64,000 nt of DNA from Candidatus Methanomethylicia archaeon (GCA_038845975.1 JAWBQF010000009.1:1-64000), one strand, 5' to 3'. Shown: positions 31,200-42,691, numbered from the stretch's first letter. Notes: generated by a model not told the origin, from the sequence alone. Numbers and translations: made by a program.

Positions 31200-31574
31200 C
31201 TATAAATGAAAGGGCTTACCTTGATATAATATCTTTTCAGGAAGTTTGCTTGCATGAGATTTAAGGAAAAGAATATCGGCATCTTTATTTCTAAGATCAT
31301 CAGGAAGCATATGTGGTATTTCATCTATTATTGGATACCATCTATTACAATTGCAACAAATAAGAGCTCCTTCAATAATCTCCTTAGAGAGACAGATGTT
31401 ACACTTTAGGTCATTAATATCCCTAATAAACTTACTTTCAAATCCACAGTATTCTTCACATGTCCTGGATACGTTTCTAGAAATTTCAACTTCAGACACT
31501 TCAAATACATATAATGAAAGTGGAAATGTCTTACAAATTGGACAAGCAAGTAAATCCATTAGTCGATACTTCAT
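31200..31574 (-). CDS. Trm112-family methyltransferase activator
   Basis: LMDLLACPICK, CCNCNRWYPIIDEIPHMLPD. Confidence 0.9.
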   Translation of the reverse strand: MKYRLMDLLACPICKTFPLSLYVFEVSEVEISRNVSRTCEEYCGFESKFIRDINDLKCNICLSKEIIEGALICCNCNRWYPIIDEIPHMLPDDLRNKDADILFLKSHASKLPEKILYQGKPFHL

Positions 31575-31625
31575 ACTATCAAGTTCTTTTACTGAACAAA
31601 TATAAAAAGTTGCCTATCAATAAAG

Positions 31626-31665
31626 GGCTTTGTGAGCACAAGCATGCTCATTATCTCTAACTATA
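31626..31665. mobile_element. Isolated degenerate IS6-like end fragment
   Basis: ggctttgtgagcacaagcatgctcattatctcta resembles ggctttgttaacttaagcatgtttatcacctcta. Confidence 0.55.
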
Positions 31666-31740
31666 CCTTCAATCAAACCTCAATTCAAAGTTTGAATTAA
31701 ATGTCAGTTATAAAATATTAAATTTCTCTTGATTACTATT

Positions 31741-31797
31741 TTCTCATGAATTTAAATCATCAACTACGTATATTTTATATCTAAAGTTCGCAAAACC
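31741..31797 (+). mobile_element. ~58-bp IS6-end mini-element, copy 2
   Basis: ttctcatgaatttaaatcatcaactacgtatattttatatctaaagttcgcaaaacc. Confidence 0.65.
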
Positions 31798-32473
31798 TAA
31801 AAATTAGTTTTGTAGGTGATAATATCCTATACCTAACTAAAGTCCTTAACCTCCTAATATCTTTAGATGAAACATAGCATTCAATCAAAAATCACCGCAT
31901 AGTAACTAATACCATAGACATCAACTTTATTCTAATTCTAGCTGAGGCAATAGCCATTTAATGGATTAATAAACAGCCTTAGCATCTTTATCATCGGAAG
32001 CCTTAAATAGATTAACCAATAGATTATCCATGAACCCAGTAATAGCACAGACATTCTTTAAAAGCTTAGAAGTAAAAGTGTTCACCTCTTCAACATCATT
32101 AGTAAAGCCAAACTCGTCAACTAAAAACTATCTCATTGATAATAATAGTTCTACATTTATTCCTGTTTAATCTGCATCAATATACCTTACCTTGCGCATC
32201 TCTCCATTTTAGCTAGCCTTAAGCTGTAAACAATCATTTGAGTGTGGACCTAATTCTTTAGTAGCTTAACATGACTAGTCAAGTAATGGTCGCAAAGATT
32301 AATTAATAACCAGGTCTATCAATTCAAGCAGTAATGGAAAGAATCTTTCATAAGGTCAAATCATAGAAACAACCAGAAACCAGCAATAAGAATAAACTAC
32401 AAAGCGTAAAAGTTTAATATCCATAACTTTAATAGAAGTAATGTTGTTAGTTTCTTCATAGCTACATTATTTT

Positions 32474-34114
32474 CTACTTTCTAAATTTATTTATTACCTC
32501 ATCAATTCTATTTAGTACAAAAGTTTTTTCAAGAATGGATAAGTAAGGAGATATTCTTGGACCGTATGTTTGGCCGAAAAATATTAAATATAGAGCTTCG
32601 AAAAATTGTCGTTCTTCCTCTTTATTAGCTCTTGGTACACGTATCATAGCATTTTTTAATTCTTCATCGATCCATCGACAATTTTCTAAGTTCTTTCTAA
32701 GTATTGATAGCATTTGAATTTGCTTTTCGTTTAATCTATTTATTATATCTTCATGTAGTACTTCTAGAAACTTTATTCTATAGACTTCAGGAGCGTATTT
32801 TTGAAGCCAGTTCCTAGCATAATTTAGTCTATTTTTAATTCTCTCTATATCTTCTGGTAACAGCTCCTTTGATGTAAACTTAGTAGCTCTTAGTCTTGCA
32901 ATAGCGTTTTCTACTAAGTTTTCTTTGGGAAGGGTTTGAATCAGTGCTACAGCGTGAAGATATGGAAGCTGTATTGGTATTTTATATGGTAACGGTTTAA
33001 TATGTGCAAGTTTAAAGCTTTTCAGTAACTGTTTAAATTGTGGAAGCTCTCTTTTTGAGGGTTTTTCTACACCATAATACAATCTTTCTACGCGGTCAAA
33101 TTGATCGGTGTATTGTGGAATATTTTCAAGTCCAATAATGATCCTTTTCATTGGCTCTTGAAATAAGTATAAAAATCTCAGAACTTCAGGTTCAGCAACT
33201 TCAACCCATTCTTTTGGCGAGAAGCCAATGAAGTCGCTTGACCCCATATCACCAGCATCCTTACCGTCCTTATAATAACCGACCCATTCATAAGCTAATC
33301 CCAAGGGTGGTTTCATATTGAATACATTAACAGACAAATCTACACAGCTATCTCTTGATCCTCCTGGCATGGCATGATCTTTGCCGAATGGTTCAAAATC
33401 AACATTTAAGCAATACCATATTGAAATCCATTCAAGCCTCCATGTTAATTTACCATTCCACATAAATGTTTCACCTTCATGGCCGCAATAATGGCACTTA
33501 TACCTAACCTTATAACTACTTATATCGGCGCTTATTGATTCAGCACCTATTCTATTACAGTTTTCACATATAGCTTCAAATGGAAGCCAATTTTCATGGT
33601 ATGGTTTTCGACCCCTATATTTGTTTATTACTGACCTGATACTTTCTCTTTTTTCAAAAGCAGTTTTAATAAAATTCTTCATTTTATCAGATTTATATAA
33701 ATCGGTTGTTGTGATTATGTCGACTTCATGTGTAAAGAGCTCCAGATAGTTTCCGAAATCCTTCCAAAAGTGTTCAACCCAGTTGTTGCAACAATCAAAT
33801 GGGTCAGGAACCATGATAAGTGGCCATGATATATATTTCTTGGCTTCATCAGGATTCTTAAAAACTGATAACTGTTTATCTTTACCCTTCCAAGGATCTT
33901 GCGTGTATAGCACTAGAGTATGCTTACCTTTGAGTCCATTTTCCTCAAGTAGACTTATAATAGCATCATTAATTACAATTTCACCTCTCAATCTCCCAAT
34001 ATGTTGAAGACCAGATACAGAAAGGCCGCCATTACATATATATATAGATTTCTCTCCGCGAAATTTTAGTAGTTTTGCTAATATATCAACAAGCCAATGC
34101 TCAGAGCTAGACAT
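32474..34114 (-). CDS. lysS: Lysine--tRNA ligase class I
   Basis: SGLQHIG (HIGH-like), CENC/CHYC Zn site, KLTWRLEW, FGKDH, DMGSS, YGPRI. Confidence 0.95.
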   Translation of the reverse strand: MSSSEHWLVDILAKLLKFRGEKSIYICNGGLSVSGLQHIGRLRGEIVINDAIISLLEENGLKGKHTLVLYTQDPWKGKDKQLSVFKNPDEAKKYISWPLIMVPDPFDCCNNWVEHFWKDFGNYLELFTHEVDIITTTDLYKSDKMKNFIKTAFEKRESIRSVINKYRGRKPYHENWLPFEAICENCNRIGAESISADISSYKVRYKCHYCGHEGETFMWNGKLTWRLEWISIWYCLNVDFEPFGKDHAMPGGSRDSCVDLSVNVFNMKPPLGLAYEWVGYYKDGKDAGDMGSSDFIGFSPKEWVEVAEPEVLRFLYLFQEPMKRIIIGLENIPQYTDQFDRVERLYYGVEKPSKRELPQFKQLLKSFKLAHIKPLPYKIPIQLPYLHAVALIQTLPKENLVENAIARLRATKFTSKELLPEDIERIKNRLNYARNWLQKYAPEVYRIKFLEVLHEDIINRLNEKQIQMLSILRKNLENCRWIDEELKNAMIRVPRANKEEERQFFEALYLIFFGQTYGPRISPYLSILEKTFVLNRIDEVINKFRK

Positions 34115-34169
34115 ACAATTCTGTAGTCATTACAATAGATGCATATTTAAAACTTTCTAAAATTTAAAC

Positions 34170-34904
34170 GGCTTTGTTAACTTAAGCATGTTTATCACCT
34201 CTATTTTGGTATTATGTTTTCTATGAATTCCTTAGCTTTTATTTTCCTTATCCATGTTTGTTTAGTATGTATATTATTGATTTTATAAGCATTAATACAT
34301 GTTCACCATCACATCTATCCTTCATGCATGGTATATAATTATCGAATAGCTTAGTTCTATCCTTAACATACTGTATGATCCTCTCCATTAGATTCCTAAC
34401 CTCTAAACTATACAATTCATGTTTTAATTTTAATATTCTACTGCTTTATAATAATGAGCTCCATCACTTAATACAACTATATTAGAACCATAGATAGCCC
34501 TAACCTTTTTAAGGAATGTTAGAGATGTAAGCATGTTGCAACATCGCAAACCAATACATACAAAATTTCCTTAATAACGGCTCAAATACAACATAAACAA
34601 CCTTACTCTTAGAACCTACACTAATAATAGTATCATCAACCATAACAATCCTAACATCCCTCCTATCAAACTCAAATAGGAAGCTTAAAGATCTAAACCA
34701 CGATAATATAGATACATAACTCCTAACAACAATAAAGCTTAAAATATCTGAAGCCATCCTAGATGAACATGAACGAAAATATATATAAGCAATAAACAAC
34801 TAGAGTAAATGGAGTTCTCTCCCTAACAAACTTAACAACTTTAACCATAGATTCACCATAAATAAGGGAGAGAACTCCCAAATAAATCTAAAGTTAACAA
34901 AGCC
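34170..34904 (-). mobile_element. Most complete IS6-like element, 735 bp, frameshifted DDE transposase
   Basis: Perfect 14-bp TIRs; minus strand reconstructs MVKVVKFVRERTP...VMVDDT...LSDGAHYY...RNLMERIIQYVKDRTKLFDNYIPC across several frameshifts (D, D, E triad). Confidence 0.9.
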
Positions 34905-34932
34905 GTGTAGCCATTCGTTAAGTTTAAAAGAG

Positions 34933-35757
34933 TTGTTAAATATAATGAAGGGTGTGAACATTGAGCGCCTTTCAACTGGAGTAAAGGGACTTGATGAACT
35001 TATTGAGGGTGGTATTCCAAGAGGGTTTTTTGTTGTTGTTACTGGAGAACCTGGATGCGGTAAAACAATACTCTGTATTCACTTTATTAATCAGGGTATT
35101 CTTGAAAATGATAAAAACATATATATAACAACAGAGGAAAGTAGAGAAAGCATAATCAGTCAGGCTGCTCAATTTAACATGGATTTTAACAAGGCAATTA
35201 CTGAGAAGAAGCTTATAATTATAGATGCACTTATGGGGGGAGAAGATCTGTGGACTTTAAAATCACTAGATTTAGAGATGCTTATTAACAAAATAATTGA
35301 GGCAAAAAAATATCTTGGATATGGCCGTGCTCGAGTAGTAATAGACTCTATTTCAGCTTATTGGCTTGATAAGCCTGCTATGGCTAGGCGATATTCGTAC
35401 TTTATTAAAAAGGTCCTTTCAAAATGGGATTTTACAGTTATGGCGACTGCACAATACGCTATAACTACTGGAGAGGCACATGGATTTGGGGTTGAACATG
35501 TAGGTGATATTATTATCAGATTTAAGAGGATAATTCGAGGAGGAAAGCTATGTAGATTTTTAATAATTGAAAAAGCTAGACAAACAAATCATTGTTTATA
35601 TGCTCATGAGATAAACATTGCTACGGGGCAAGGATTAATAATAGGTAAGAAGCTTGAAATAAGAAAAGAAGACTATACTTTACCAAGATACATATATGAT
35701 AAGATAATATCAATTAAGAAAAAGGAAGTTAAAGAACTTAGTCATAGTAGTCTGTAG
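34933..35757 (+). CDS. KaiC-like / RAD55-family ATPase (single domain)
   Basis: LSTGVKGLDELIEGGIP, Walker A GEPGCGKT, TTEE, VVIDS, IEKAR. Confidence 0.9.
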   Translation: MLNIMKGVNIERLSTGVKGLDELIEGGIPRGFFVVVTGEPGCGKTILCIHFINQGILENDKNIYITTEESRESIISQAAQFNMDFNKAITEKKLIIIDALMGGEDLWTLKSLDLEMLINKIIEAKKYLGYGRARVVIDSISAYWLDKPAMARRYSYFIKKVLSKWDFTVMATAQYAITTGEAHGFGVEHVGDIIIRFKRIIRGGKLCRFLIIEKARQTNHCLYAHEINIATGQGLIIGKKLEIRKEDYTLPRYIYDKIISIKKKEVKELSHSSL

Positions 35758-36247
35758 GTATAGGATTCAACAAACATTTAAAGTTAAAAGTTAATATTTT
35801 CTTTTGCATTTCTTCTAATAACCTTTTATTACTGAGCATTTACTATATGCTCTGTTGTTTTTATTTTCTTACTTATTTGTAATTAAATTAACAGCATTAA
35901 GAATCTCATAGAGACAAAGTATCATAGATCCAGTATTATAGTCTTATATTCATAAGAGATGTGTTAGGAAGGAGTGTAACTCTCGAGATCCTACTAACAC
36001 TTCTAGCATTTAACATTAATACTCTGGTGGGATGAGAGAAAGTAGAAACTATGATTTATTAAAGACATCTTATTATTCAAACTCCCAAACAAGAAAACTA
36101 AAACATACAAAAGATACAATAATAAACTAATCACTAACAAATACTTGAGTAAGAGTTAAGAATAATACTAATAAATCTAAGCTGCTATATGTTCAAGGTC
36201 TTTAAAGTATGTTTAGGAGAAGGTTGCCTTAGGCGTGATGGTAAGTT

Positions 36248-37075
36248 ATGAATTGTGAGAATATTAAATTCATGAGAGTAAGATATGATATAATAGGGGA
36301 TATAGCAATTATTAAAATTCCTAAGCGAAATGATAAAGAAGTTGGAATTTTAATAGCTAATCACATATTAAGTAAATGTAAAAAGGTTAAGGTTGTAGCT
36401 ACTCAAATAAAGCCAGCGCATGGAGAATATAGAGTGCAAAAATTTGAAGTTATAGCTGGTGAAAATAGAACTGAAACTATTCATAAAGAATCAAAATGCT
36501 TTTTTAAACTTGATATCAACAAGGTATTCTTTACACCAAGATTAATGTATGAAAGAATTAGGATTGCAAGGCTTGTTAACCATGGTGAAGTCATAGTAAA
36601 CATGTTTGCTGGTGTAGGAACATATTCCATAGTAATAGCAAGACATTCAAAACCTTCTATTATATATTCAATAGATGCCAATCCAGATGCTTACAACTAT
36701 ATGCTACAAAATATAGAAATCAATAAGTTTACAAATACTGTTGTACCCATACTTGGTGATGCTAGAGAAGTCATAATGAGGAAACTAATAAATATTGCTA
36801 ATAGGGTTTTAATGCCATTGCCGGAATTAGCTAAAGCTTATCTTCCATATGCAATTTTAACTTTAAAAAACGATGGAGGATACGTACACGTCTATGATGT
36901 ATATCATAGAAATAGAGGTGAAACGATTAATGATCTATTTAATAAAGCTATAAGGGATTATAGTAAGATTCTAAATAATAAAGTAAAGTATTTTGAGTTT
37001 AAACTTATTAGAGTCACAAGAAAAATTGGAGTAAGACTTTATCAAATAGTTATGGATATATACATAGTAAAATGA
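36248..37075 (+). CDS. Trm5/Taw2-family (Met-10-like) tRNA-modifying SAM enzyme
   Basis: YDIIGDIA, ETIHKE, VFFTPRL, NMFAGVG, DANPDAY, RVLMPLP. Confidence 0.88.
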   Translation: MNCENIKFMRVRYDIIGDIAIIKIPKRNDKEVGILIANHILSKCKKVKVVATQIKPAHGEYRVQKFEVIAGENRTETIHKESKCFFKLDINKVFFTPRLMYERIRIARLVNHGEVIVNMFAGVGTYSIVIARHSKPSIIYSIDANPDAYNYMLQNIEINKFTNTVVPILGDAREVIMRKLINIANRVLMPLPELAKAYLPYAILTLKNDGGYVHVYDVYHRNRGETINDLFNKAIRDYSKILNNKVKYFEFKLIRVTRKIGVRLYQIVMDIYIVK

Positions 37076-37133
37076 TTTTGAATTATATCAATTAAATTTA
37101 TATCGATAATAAAGGTTTAATTATGGTGATAGT

Positions 37134-37544
37134 TTGAGCCCAAAGAATAAAGTTAGACGAATAAGCATTTCATTACCGCCAGAGTTACTACATGACTTTG
37201 ATAAGTTAACTAAGAGTCTAGGTTATGAAAGATCTCGTGCTGTACAAATTGCAATGAGAGACTTTATAGCTAGTCATTATTGGACAAGAAGTGAGAAAAA
37301 CGTTGTTGGAGCACTATTAGTAACATACAATCATGAGATTAAGGGGATTGTTGATAGAATTATTGATATTCAGCATAAATACTCAAGTTTAATTTCATCA
37401 TCAATGCATATTCACTTAGATGAAAAAAGATGTTTAGAAATTATAATTGTTAAGGGAATAACAAGTAGTGTTAAAGAGTTACTCAAGGGGATGACAAATA
37501 CGGATGGAATAATAAGCATTACTGTTAACATTGTAACAACATAA
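37134..37544 (+). CDS. nikR: Nickel-responsive regulator
   Basis: RISISLPPELL...RSRAV RHH; YNHE, HIHLD..CLE metal site. Confidence 0.85.
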   Translation: MSPKNKVRRISISLPPELLHDFDKLTKSLGYERSRAVQIAMRDFIASHYWTRSEKNVVGALLVTYNHEIKGIVDRIIDIQHKYSSLISSSMHIHLDEKRCLEIIIVKGITSSVKELLKGMTNTDGIISITVNIVTT

Positions 37545-37598
37545 GAAAGTTACATTATTAGACATTAATACTTTACATTTGAATTAAGTACTATTGTC

Positions 37599-38129
37599 TT
37601 ACTTTTTGCCGTTGTTTCTCATTTTTCTTGGAACAAACCAGTCAACAGTTATTCTACGACTACTTTGATGAAAACGTATTTTTATTACAAATCCCTTCTT
37701 CATCCATTCTTCTTTCAGAACTATTAATCTTTCCCTTTTCCTTTTAGGCATTTTAACAGCTACTATTGGTTCAGGCATATATCCTAACGTTTTAAGTTTA
37801 CGGTAAATAGTATACAATTTTTCATAATCTGAGGGATAAAGATAGAGAAAATCCTTTCTTATAACTTTACATTCAATAAGTTTTACTTTATGATTTTTCT
37901 GTAGGACTACTACATCAACATCAAATGAATGTGTACTCTTGAATGGAACGCCTTTCTTGGAAAAACGGTCATAAACGTCTTTTTCATATAATTTACCATC
38001 CTTTGATAGCCATGCGTGTCTATCATACACCTCATAAGCATATTTTAATTTCCTTTTAGCTTCTTCAATATTATTTTTTTCTAGTAGATCTATAGCTTCT
38101 TTAATCACTTTATCTACTTGAAAAGCCAT
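37599..38129 (-). CDS. Hjc/Hje-like PD-(D/E)xK endonuclease with N-terminal helical extension
   Basis: GKLYE, DVDVVV, LIECK motif spacing. Confidence 0.6.
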   Translation of the reverse strand: MAFQVDKVIKEAIDLLEKNNIEEAKRKLKYAYEVYDRHAWLSKDGKLYEKDVYDRFSKKGVPFKSTHSFDVDVVVLQKNHKVKLIECKVIRKDFLYLYPSDYEKLYTIYRKLKTLGYMPEPIVAVKMPKRKRERLIVLKEEWMKKGFVIKIRFHQSSRRITVDWFVPRKMRNNGKK

Positions 38130-38430
38130 GAATACCGACCTTATAATGATAGTATAGTTGAGATATGTTATAGTTTAAAAATATTTACATTATGTAAGTA
38201 TTATATGAACTTAACTTTATTTCGAAATCTCTTCTCTATTTTAATAGAATTCTATAGTAGTTCCGTTCATTCTCTACTAATCTTTCCTTCTCTTATAGCT
38301 ATATGGTTTAAACTTACAAGTTTATTTCTTGGAAAACTCTTCGTCTATGCTGTCTTGTTAAGTAGGATTATAGCTCTTTAAATCTTCTGTAAAGTTGTCT
38401 TTCTCTATGATTATTAAGTTATACTTGTTC

Positions 38431-38488
38431 GCCTTATGAACTTAGGCTATCAATTACACATATTTTCACATCTAAAGTTAGCAGAGCT
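38431..38488 (+). mobile_element. ~58-bp IS6-end mini-element, copy 3
   Basis: gccttatgaacttaggctatcaattacacatattttcacatctaaagttagcagagct. Confidence 0.7.
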
Positions 38489-38992
38489 TGCTTGTTAGCT
38501 GAGCCTACATATAGTCAAGGTTATAATATCTTCCATCTGTAAAACATGTAGCCTTATAACATAGAGCTTTTTAACAAGTCATAGTCTATGATTTTCTCAT
38601 CTTGGCAATATATACTTTTCTTTTTTATGTTTCTGGAACTTACATGACTTCTCTCTAGCTTAGGAGCTTCGAGTACTCTATGAATTGTTCTTATACCTGT
38701 TAATCCTTTTAATAACCTACTGTACTTAGTGTTGAGAGGAAAACCAACTTCTCTACAAAGAGTCCTGGGCTATAGTATTTGAATAGTTTTGATAAACATG
38801 CGATTATTAGATGTGTTAAACTAAGACTATAGCTCGACAAGAATTACATAAAATACCATAATGATTTGCTTAGGTTTTTCTATAATGAAATAATAAAATA
38901 TCTTAACAATATAATTTACCAAGCTCAATATAGGTTAATGATGATTTAGAGTTGCTACTATTGGCTTCTCTTCAATATAAGTAGTTGACAAT

Positions 38993-39049
38993 AGTTTTAT
39001 GAACTTTAGATATGAAGCATATGTAGGTGATGGCTTAAGTTCACAAGGC
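38993..39049 (-). mobile_element. ~58-bp IS6-end mini-element, copy 4
   Basis: agttttatgaactttagatatgaagcatatgtaggtgatggcttaagttcacaaggc. Confidence 0.72.
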
Positions 39050-39096
39050 AGATATGAATATAGTAAAATTTATTTTGGAAACTAAATGTTAACTGT

Positions 39097-39477
39097 ATGT
39101 TTAAAAAGATAGAATCAATAAATTTGATCATTGATTTCAATAGCATTGCGAAAATTAAGATATCACTTATTAGATTTCTTGCCCCTAGAACAATAGAAGA
39201 TATGGTAAAACATCTTCCATTATTCTCAAGAGCATTTAAGGAAGTAAACTATATTAGAATTCCAATTAAACTTAAAACTGGACTGGAAAAGCCAGGTAAG
39301 CTGAATTTTAGTATGGGTGATGTAGCATACTGTCCTTTAGGTAGTGATATTATTTTATTTTTAAATGAAGGTTTATCATATGCGAAGTCGTTGTCTATAG
39401 GATACATTACTGAAGGAGTTAACGAGCTTAGAGAAATTCCAAAATCTATTCCTGTTCACATAAAAATGTTAGATTAG
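39097..39477 (+). CDS. Cyclophilin-like fold protein
   Basis: RFLAPRT, LP, GLEK, GDVAYCPLG..I..F. Confidence 0.75.
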   Translation: MFKKIESINLIIDFNSIAKIKISLIRFLAPRTIEDMVKHLPLFSRAFKEVNYIRIPIKLKTGLEKPGKLNFSMGDVAYCPLGSDIILFLNEGLSYAKSLSIGYITEGVNELREIPKSIPVHIKMLD

Positions 39478-39809
39478 AGGGGATTTTGATTTAATGGTAC
39501 ATATACTTGAATTCTTGCGTTTCCACTAACAAGTTTAATTATTCCTTCTGAACATAGTATTTTAAGTATTCTTTTAGCATCTCCTATTTTTAGTCCATAT
39601 TTAGAATATACACTAAAAGGTGTTAGATAACTTGTACTGCTTAAATCTTTCTTAATGTTCTCAATTATTGAGATATCAACAGATGCAGGTATTGCTCCCC
39701 TCTTTATTTCCTTTTCTTCCTTTTTCTTTTTTTCTTCCACTTTTTCTTTTCTCTTTCTTAAAGATTCCTTTTCCATTGCTGTTATTGTTTTCTTCTTTTT
39801 ACCACCCAT
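39474..39809 (-). CDS. rps25e: 30S ribosomal protein S25e
   Basis: MGGKKKK basic N-terminus; YLTPF..KYGLKIGDAKRILK winged helix. Confidence 0.9.
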   Translation of the reverse strand: MGGKKKKTITAMEKESLRKRKEKVEEKKKKEEKEIKRGAIPASVDISIIENIKKDLSSTSYLTPFSVYSKYGLKIGDAKRILKILCSEGIIKLVSGNARIQVYVPLNQNPL

Positions 39810-39836
39810 ATTATTCCCAATAATATTAATGCTAGC

Positions 39837-40175
39837 TTAATTAAATTTTACTTGGGAATCTTCTAAAAGATAATGTGAGCACCATATACTTACTATATAA
39901 TCAACCATTTCCTTAATCTTTCTTATAGTGGCTTTTTCTGATTTCTTTCTTTTAACTATGCTATTTGCTAATTTTAATAATTCTTCTATAACCCCATCTA
40001 AATCACTTAAAATATAGTCGTCATAACTAATAATCATTTTTGCAAATTCCTGCACTTTTTTTGCAAATTCGCAGTAATCCCGAGCTTTATATAAGTTCTG
40101 CATTTCATCCCAACACTCAATTATATGAGTTATACCTTTTAAATTAATTGTAATAGTTTTGGTCATCTCTCTCAT
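39837..40175 (-). CDS. Hypothetical helical protein
   Basis: 112-aa ORF co-oriented just upstream of rps25e; no motif recognised. Confidence 0.6.
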   Translation of the reverse strand: MREMTKTITINLKGITHIIECWDEMQNLYKARDYCEFAKKVQEFAKMIISYDDYILSDLDGVIEELLKLANSIVKRKKSEKATIRKIKEMVDYIVSIWCSHYLLEDSQVKFN

Positions 40176-40493
40176 CCTAAATTTAATCTACGAGTATAAA
40201 AACTCATCTCCTCATGTCATCCTATAGGCATAAACTTATCTAGCCATTTCCATTTGTATTTGGTCTATCATAAAAGCAGATCCTTTATCATTTTTCTAGA
40301 AACTTTCAGTCGCTGAACATTTATCATAAAGAAAAAGTTTTCTCTTAGACCGAACTCATTATGATGCGCTTTATTTGCTTAAAACTTTGGTAGCTCCTAA
40401 ATGTTTGCTATTAAGCTATGTCTAAAGCCTGTATTAATTTATATTTAGAACTGTTAATTGTAAAATATTTAAATATCTTTTAATTGTCGGTTA

Positions 40494-40550
40494 TCTTTAT
40501 GTACTTAAGCCATCAACTGCGTATACTTCATATCTAAATTTCATAGAATC
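40494..40550 (+). mobile_element. ~58-bp IS6-end mini-element, copy 5
   Basis: tctttatgtacttaagccatcaactgcgtatacttcatatctaaatttcatagaatc. Confidence 0.7.
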
Positions 40551-40665
40551 TTGATAATTAAACATAAGGAAAAATAAAATCATTAATGAACGCCTAATAT
40601 AAAGGAGGATGGGTAAGGTTACATTAGGATGTCATAATAATAAGATGTTGACATCAAAGCTTTAG

Positions 40666-40950
40666 TTAACATCCCTTTATAAGCCATTTTAATGGGATGT
40701 CTTGATGTGTGCCATCTGAAAGTCTACGTCTAATAGTTATTGGAAGAATACCAGCTTCAAGTTCTTCTTTTGCAATTTGAATTGGGTTATTATATCTAAT
40801 ACCTGAAAGTAATGGAGGAGCACCTAGTGATAATTGTAAAGCTCTAGCACCTATTATTCTGGCACGTTCAAATCTTGTAAGTTTTGGTGGGCCAATAAGA
40901 ATTCTTTTTCCTTTTTCCTCACATGAAACCTCAACCATAGTATCTACCAA
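40666..40950 (-). CDS. rpoK: RNA polymerase subunit K (Rpo6)
   Basis: [32 protein letters not shown]. Confidence 0.95.
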   Translation of the reverse strand: MVDTMVEVSCEEKGKRILIGPPKLTRFERARIIGARALQLSLGAPPLLSGIRYNNPIQIAKEELEAGILPITIRRRLSDGTHQDIPLKWLIKGC

Positions 40951-41050
40951 GCATTCGCCGCATTCCTTAAATGTTTTACTATTAGTTATTTAATTTTTTA
41001 AATCTTAAATAATGTTGCTAATAAAAACTTAGAAAAATAAGTTATTGTTA

Positions 41051-42691
41051 TTATTCAAATTCACTTGGAGCTCCTTCAGTAGGTTTCTTCTCCTTTTCTT
41101 TTTCAGGTCTGGCAGCAGCTATAATATCATCAATTCTTAAGATCATTATTGCTGCTTCAGTTGCAGACTTTAAGGCCTGTTTTTTAACATTTACAGGATC
41201 AACTATATGAAGACTCAGCATATCACTTATATCACCAGTGATTGTGTTAATTCCAGCCCATTTCATCTTTTCATGAGCGGCTTTTAATTTTACAATTATG
41301 TCTATTGGGTCCAATCCAGCATTTTCCGCAAGAGCTAATGGTATAACTTCTAAAGCATCAGCATATTTCATAACTGCAAGCTGATCTTTACCGCTTAACT
41401 TCTTTGCATATTCTCTTAAAGCCTTTGCAACTTCAATCTCTACAGCGCCTCCACCTCCAACTATTTTAGGCTCCTGAACAACATCTCTAACAACGCATAT
41501 CGCATCATGAATTGATCTTTCAGCTTCAGCAACTAGTTGATCAGAGCCTCCCCTAAGAAGTATTGTTACTGCTTTAGGATTCTTACATTGTTCAACAAAA
41601 ACCATTTTATCCTCAGCAACTCTTCTTTCTTCAACAAGTCCTGCTTCACCTAAATCTTTTTCAGAGATGTCCTCTATACTTGAAACTATTCTTCCACCAG
41701 TAGCTTTTGCTAATTTTTCCATGTCTGATCTTTTAGCTCTTCTTACGGCCATTATTCCCTTTTTAGCTAAGAAATGTTGTGCAACATCATCTATTCCCTT
41801 CTCACATATTACCACATTTGCACCAACACTTGCAATTTTATCAATCATTTTCTTTAAAACTTGAGTTTCTTCCTCAAGAAATCTTTTCATTTGATCTGGA
41901 CGTGTAATATTTATTTTGGCGCTTATTTCTGGTTTTTCGATTTCTATGGGGCATTCAAGTAGTGCTATTTTAGCATTTTTAACTAGTTTAGGCATTCCTT
42001 CATGAACAACTTCTTTATCCAGAACAATACCACTTACTAAAACGCTTTCATCGATTGATTTACCATGTTTCTTTTCAACTTTAATATTATCAATATCTAC
42101 TTTCCATTTACCATTGATTTTTTCAGCTACTTGAAGTACAGCTTCAACAGCAAGTTCTGCTAACTTCTCATAGGCCCCTGCGGTTACAACTTTCCCACTA
42201 AGACATGTTAATGCTATGTCCATTAATGTTTTCCTATCCATAGGATCTACAGGCTCAGCTATTGAATCCAAAGTCTCCAGGGCCTTATCAAGCGCGCGTC
42301 TGTAACCATCAACTATAACTGTTGGATGTACATCCGAATCTAAAAGCTCTCTAGCGCTCTTAAGTAATTCACCAGCTAGTACTGTAGCTGTTGCTGTTCC
42401 ATCACCAACTTCTTGATCCTGTGCCTTGGCAACTTCAACAAGCATCTTAGCTGCAGGATGTTGGACATCCATTTCTTTTAGTATTGTTGCACCATCATTG
42501 GTTATTGTAACATCTCCAAAACTATCCACTAACATTTTATCCATACTCTTAGGTCCTAATGATGACCTAACAATGTTAGCTAGTGCAATGGCTGCTGATA
42601 TATTATTTTCCTGAGCTTCCCTACCTATAGATCTGCTTGTTCCTTCTTTAAGTACCAATACAGGCATACTAGCTATACGCGCAGACATCAA
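41051..42691 (-). CDS. Thermosome (group II chaperonin) subunit
   Basis: [41 protein letters not shown]. Confidence 0.97.
   Translation of the reverse strand: MMSARIASMPVLVLKEGTSRSIGREAQENNISAAIALANIVRSSLGPKSMDKMLVDSFGDVTITNDGATILKEMDVQHPAAKMLVEVAKAQDQEVGDGTATATVLAGELLKSARELLDSDVHPTVIVDGYRRALDKALETLDSIAEPVDPMDRKTLMDIALTCLSGKVVTAGAYEKLAELAVEAVLQVAEKINGKWKVDIDNIKVEKKHGKSIDESVLVSGIVLDKEVVHEGMPKLVKNAKIALLECPIEIEKPEISAKINITRPDQMKRFLEEETQVLKKMIDKIASVGANVVICEKGIDDVAQHFLAKKGIMAVRRAKRSDMEKLAKATGGRIVSSIEDISEKDLGEAGLVEERRVAEDKMVFVEQCKNPKAVTILLRGGSDQLVAEAERSIHDAICVVRDVVQEPKIVGGGGAVEIEVAKALREYAKKLSGKDQLAVMKYADALEVIPLALAENAGLDPIDIIVKLKAAHEKMKWAGINTITGDISDMLSLHIVDPVNVKKQALKSATEAAIMILRIDDIIAAARPEKEKEKKPTEGAPSEFE

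Noticed and set aside
21071-34799. ORFs 21071..21328, 22791..23003 and 34509..34799 as independent genes
   Set aside because: All lie inside IS6-like relics; they are transposase fragments or antisense noise.
34933-35757. Circadian clock system
   Set aside because: Single-domain KaiC-like ATPases are common in archaea, and no kaiA/kaiB is present in the window.
4708-38381. Intergenic ORFs 4708..4920 and 38118..38381
   Set aside because: AT-rich low-complexity translations without SD or motifs.
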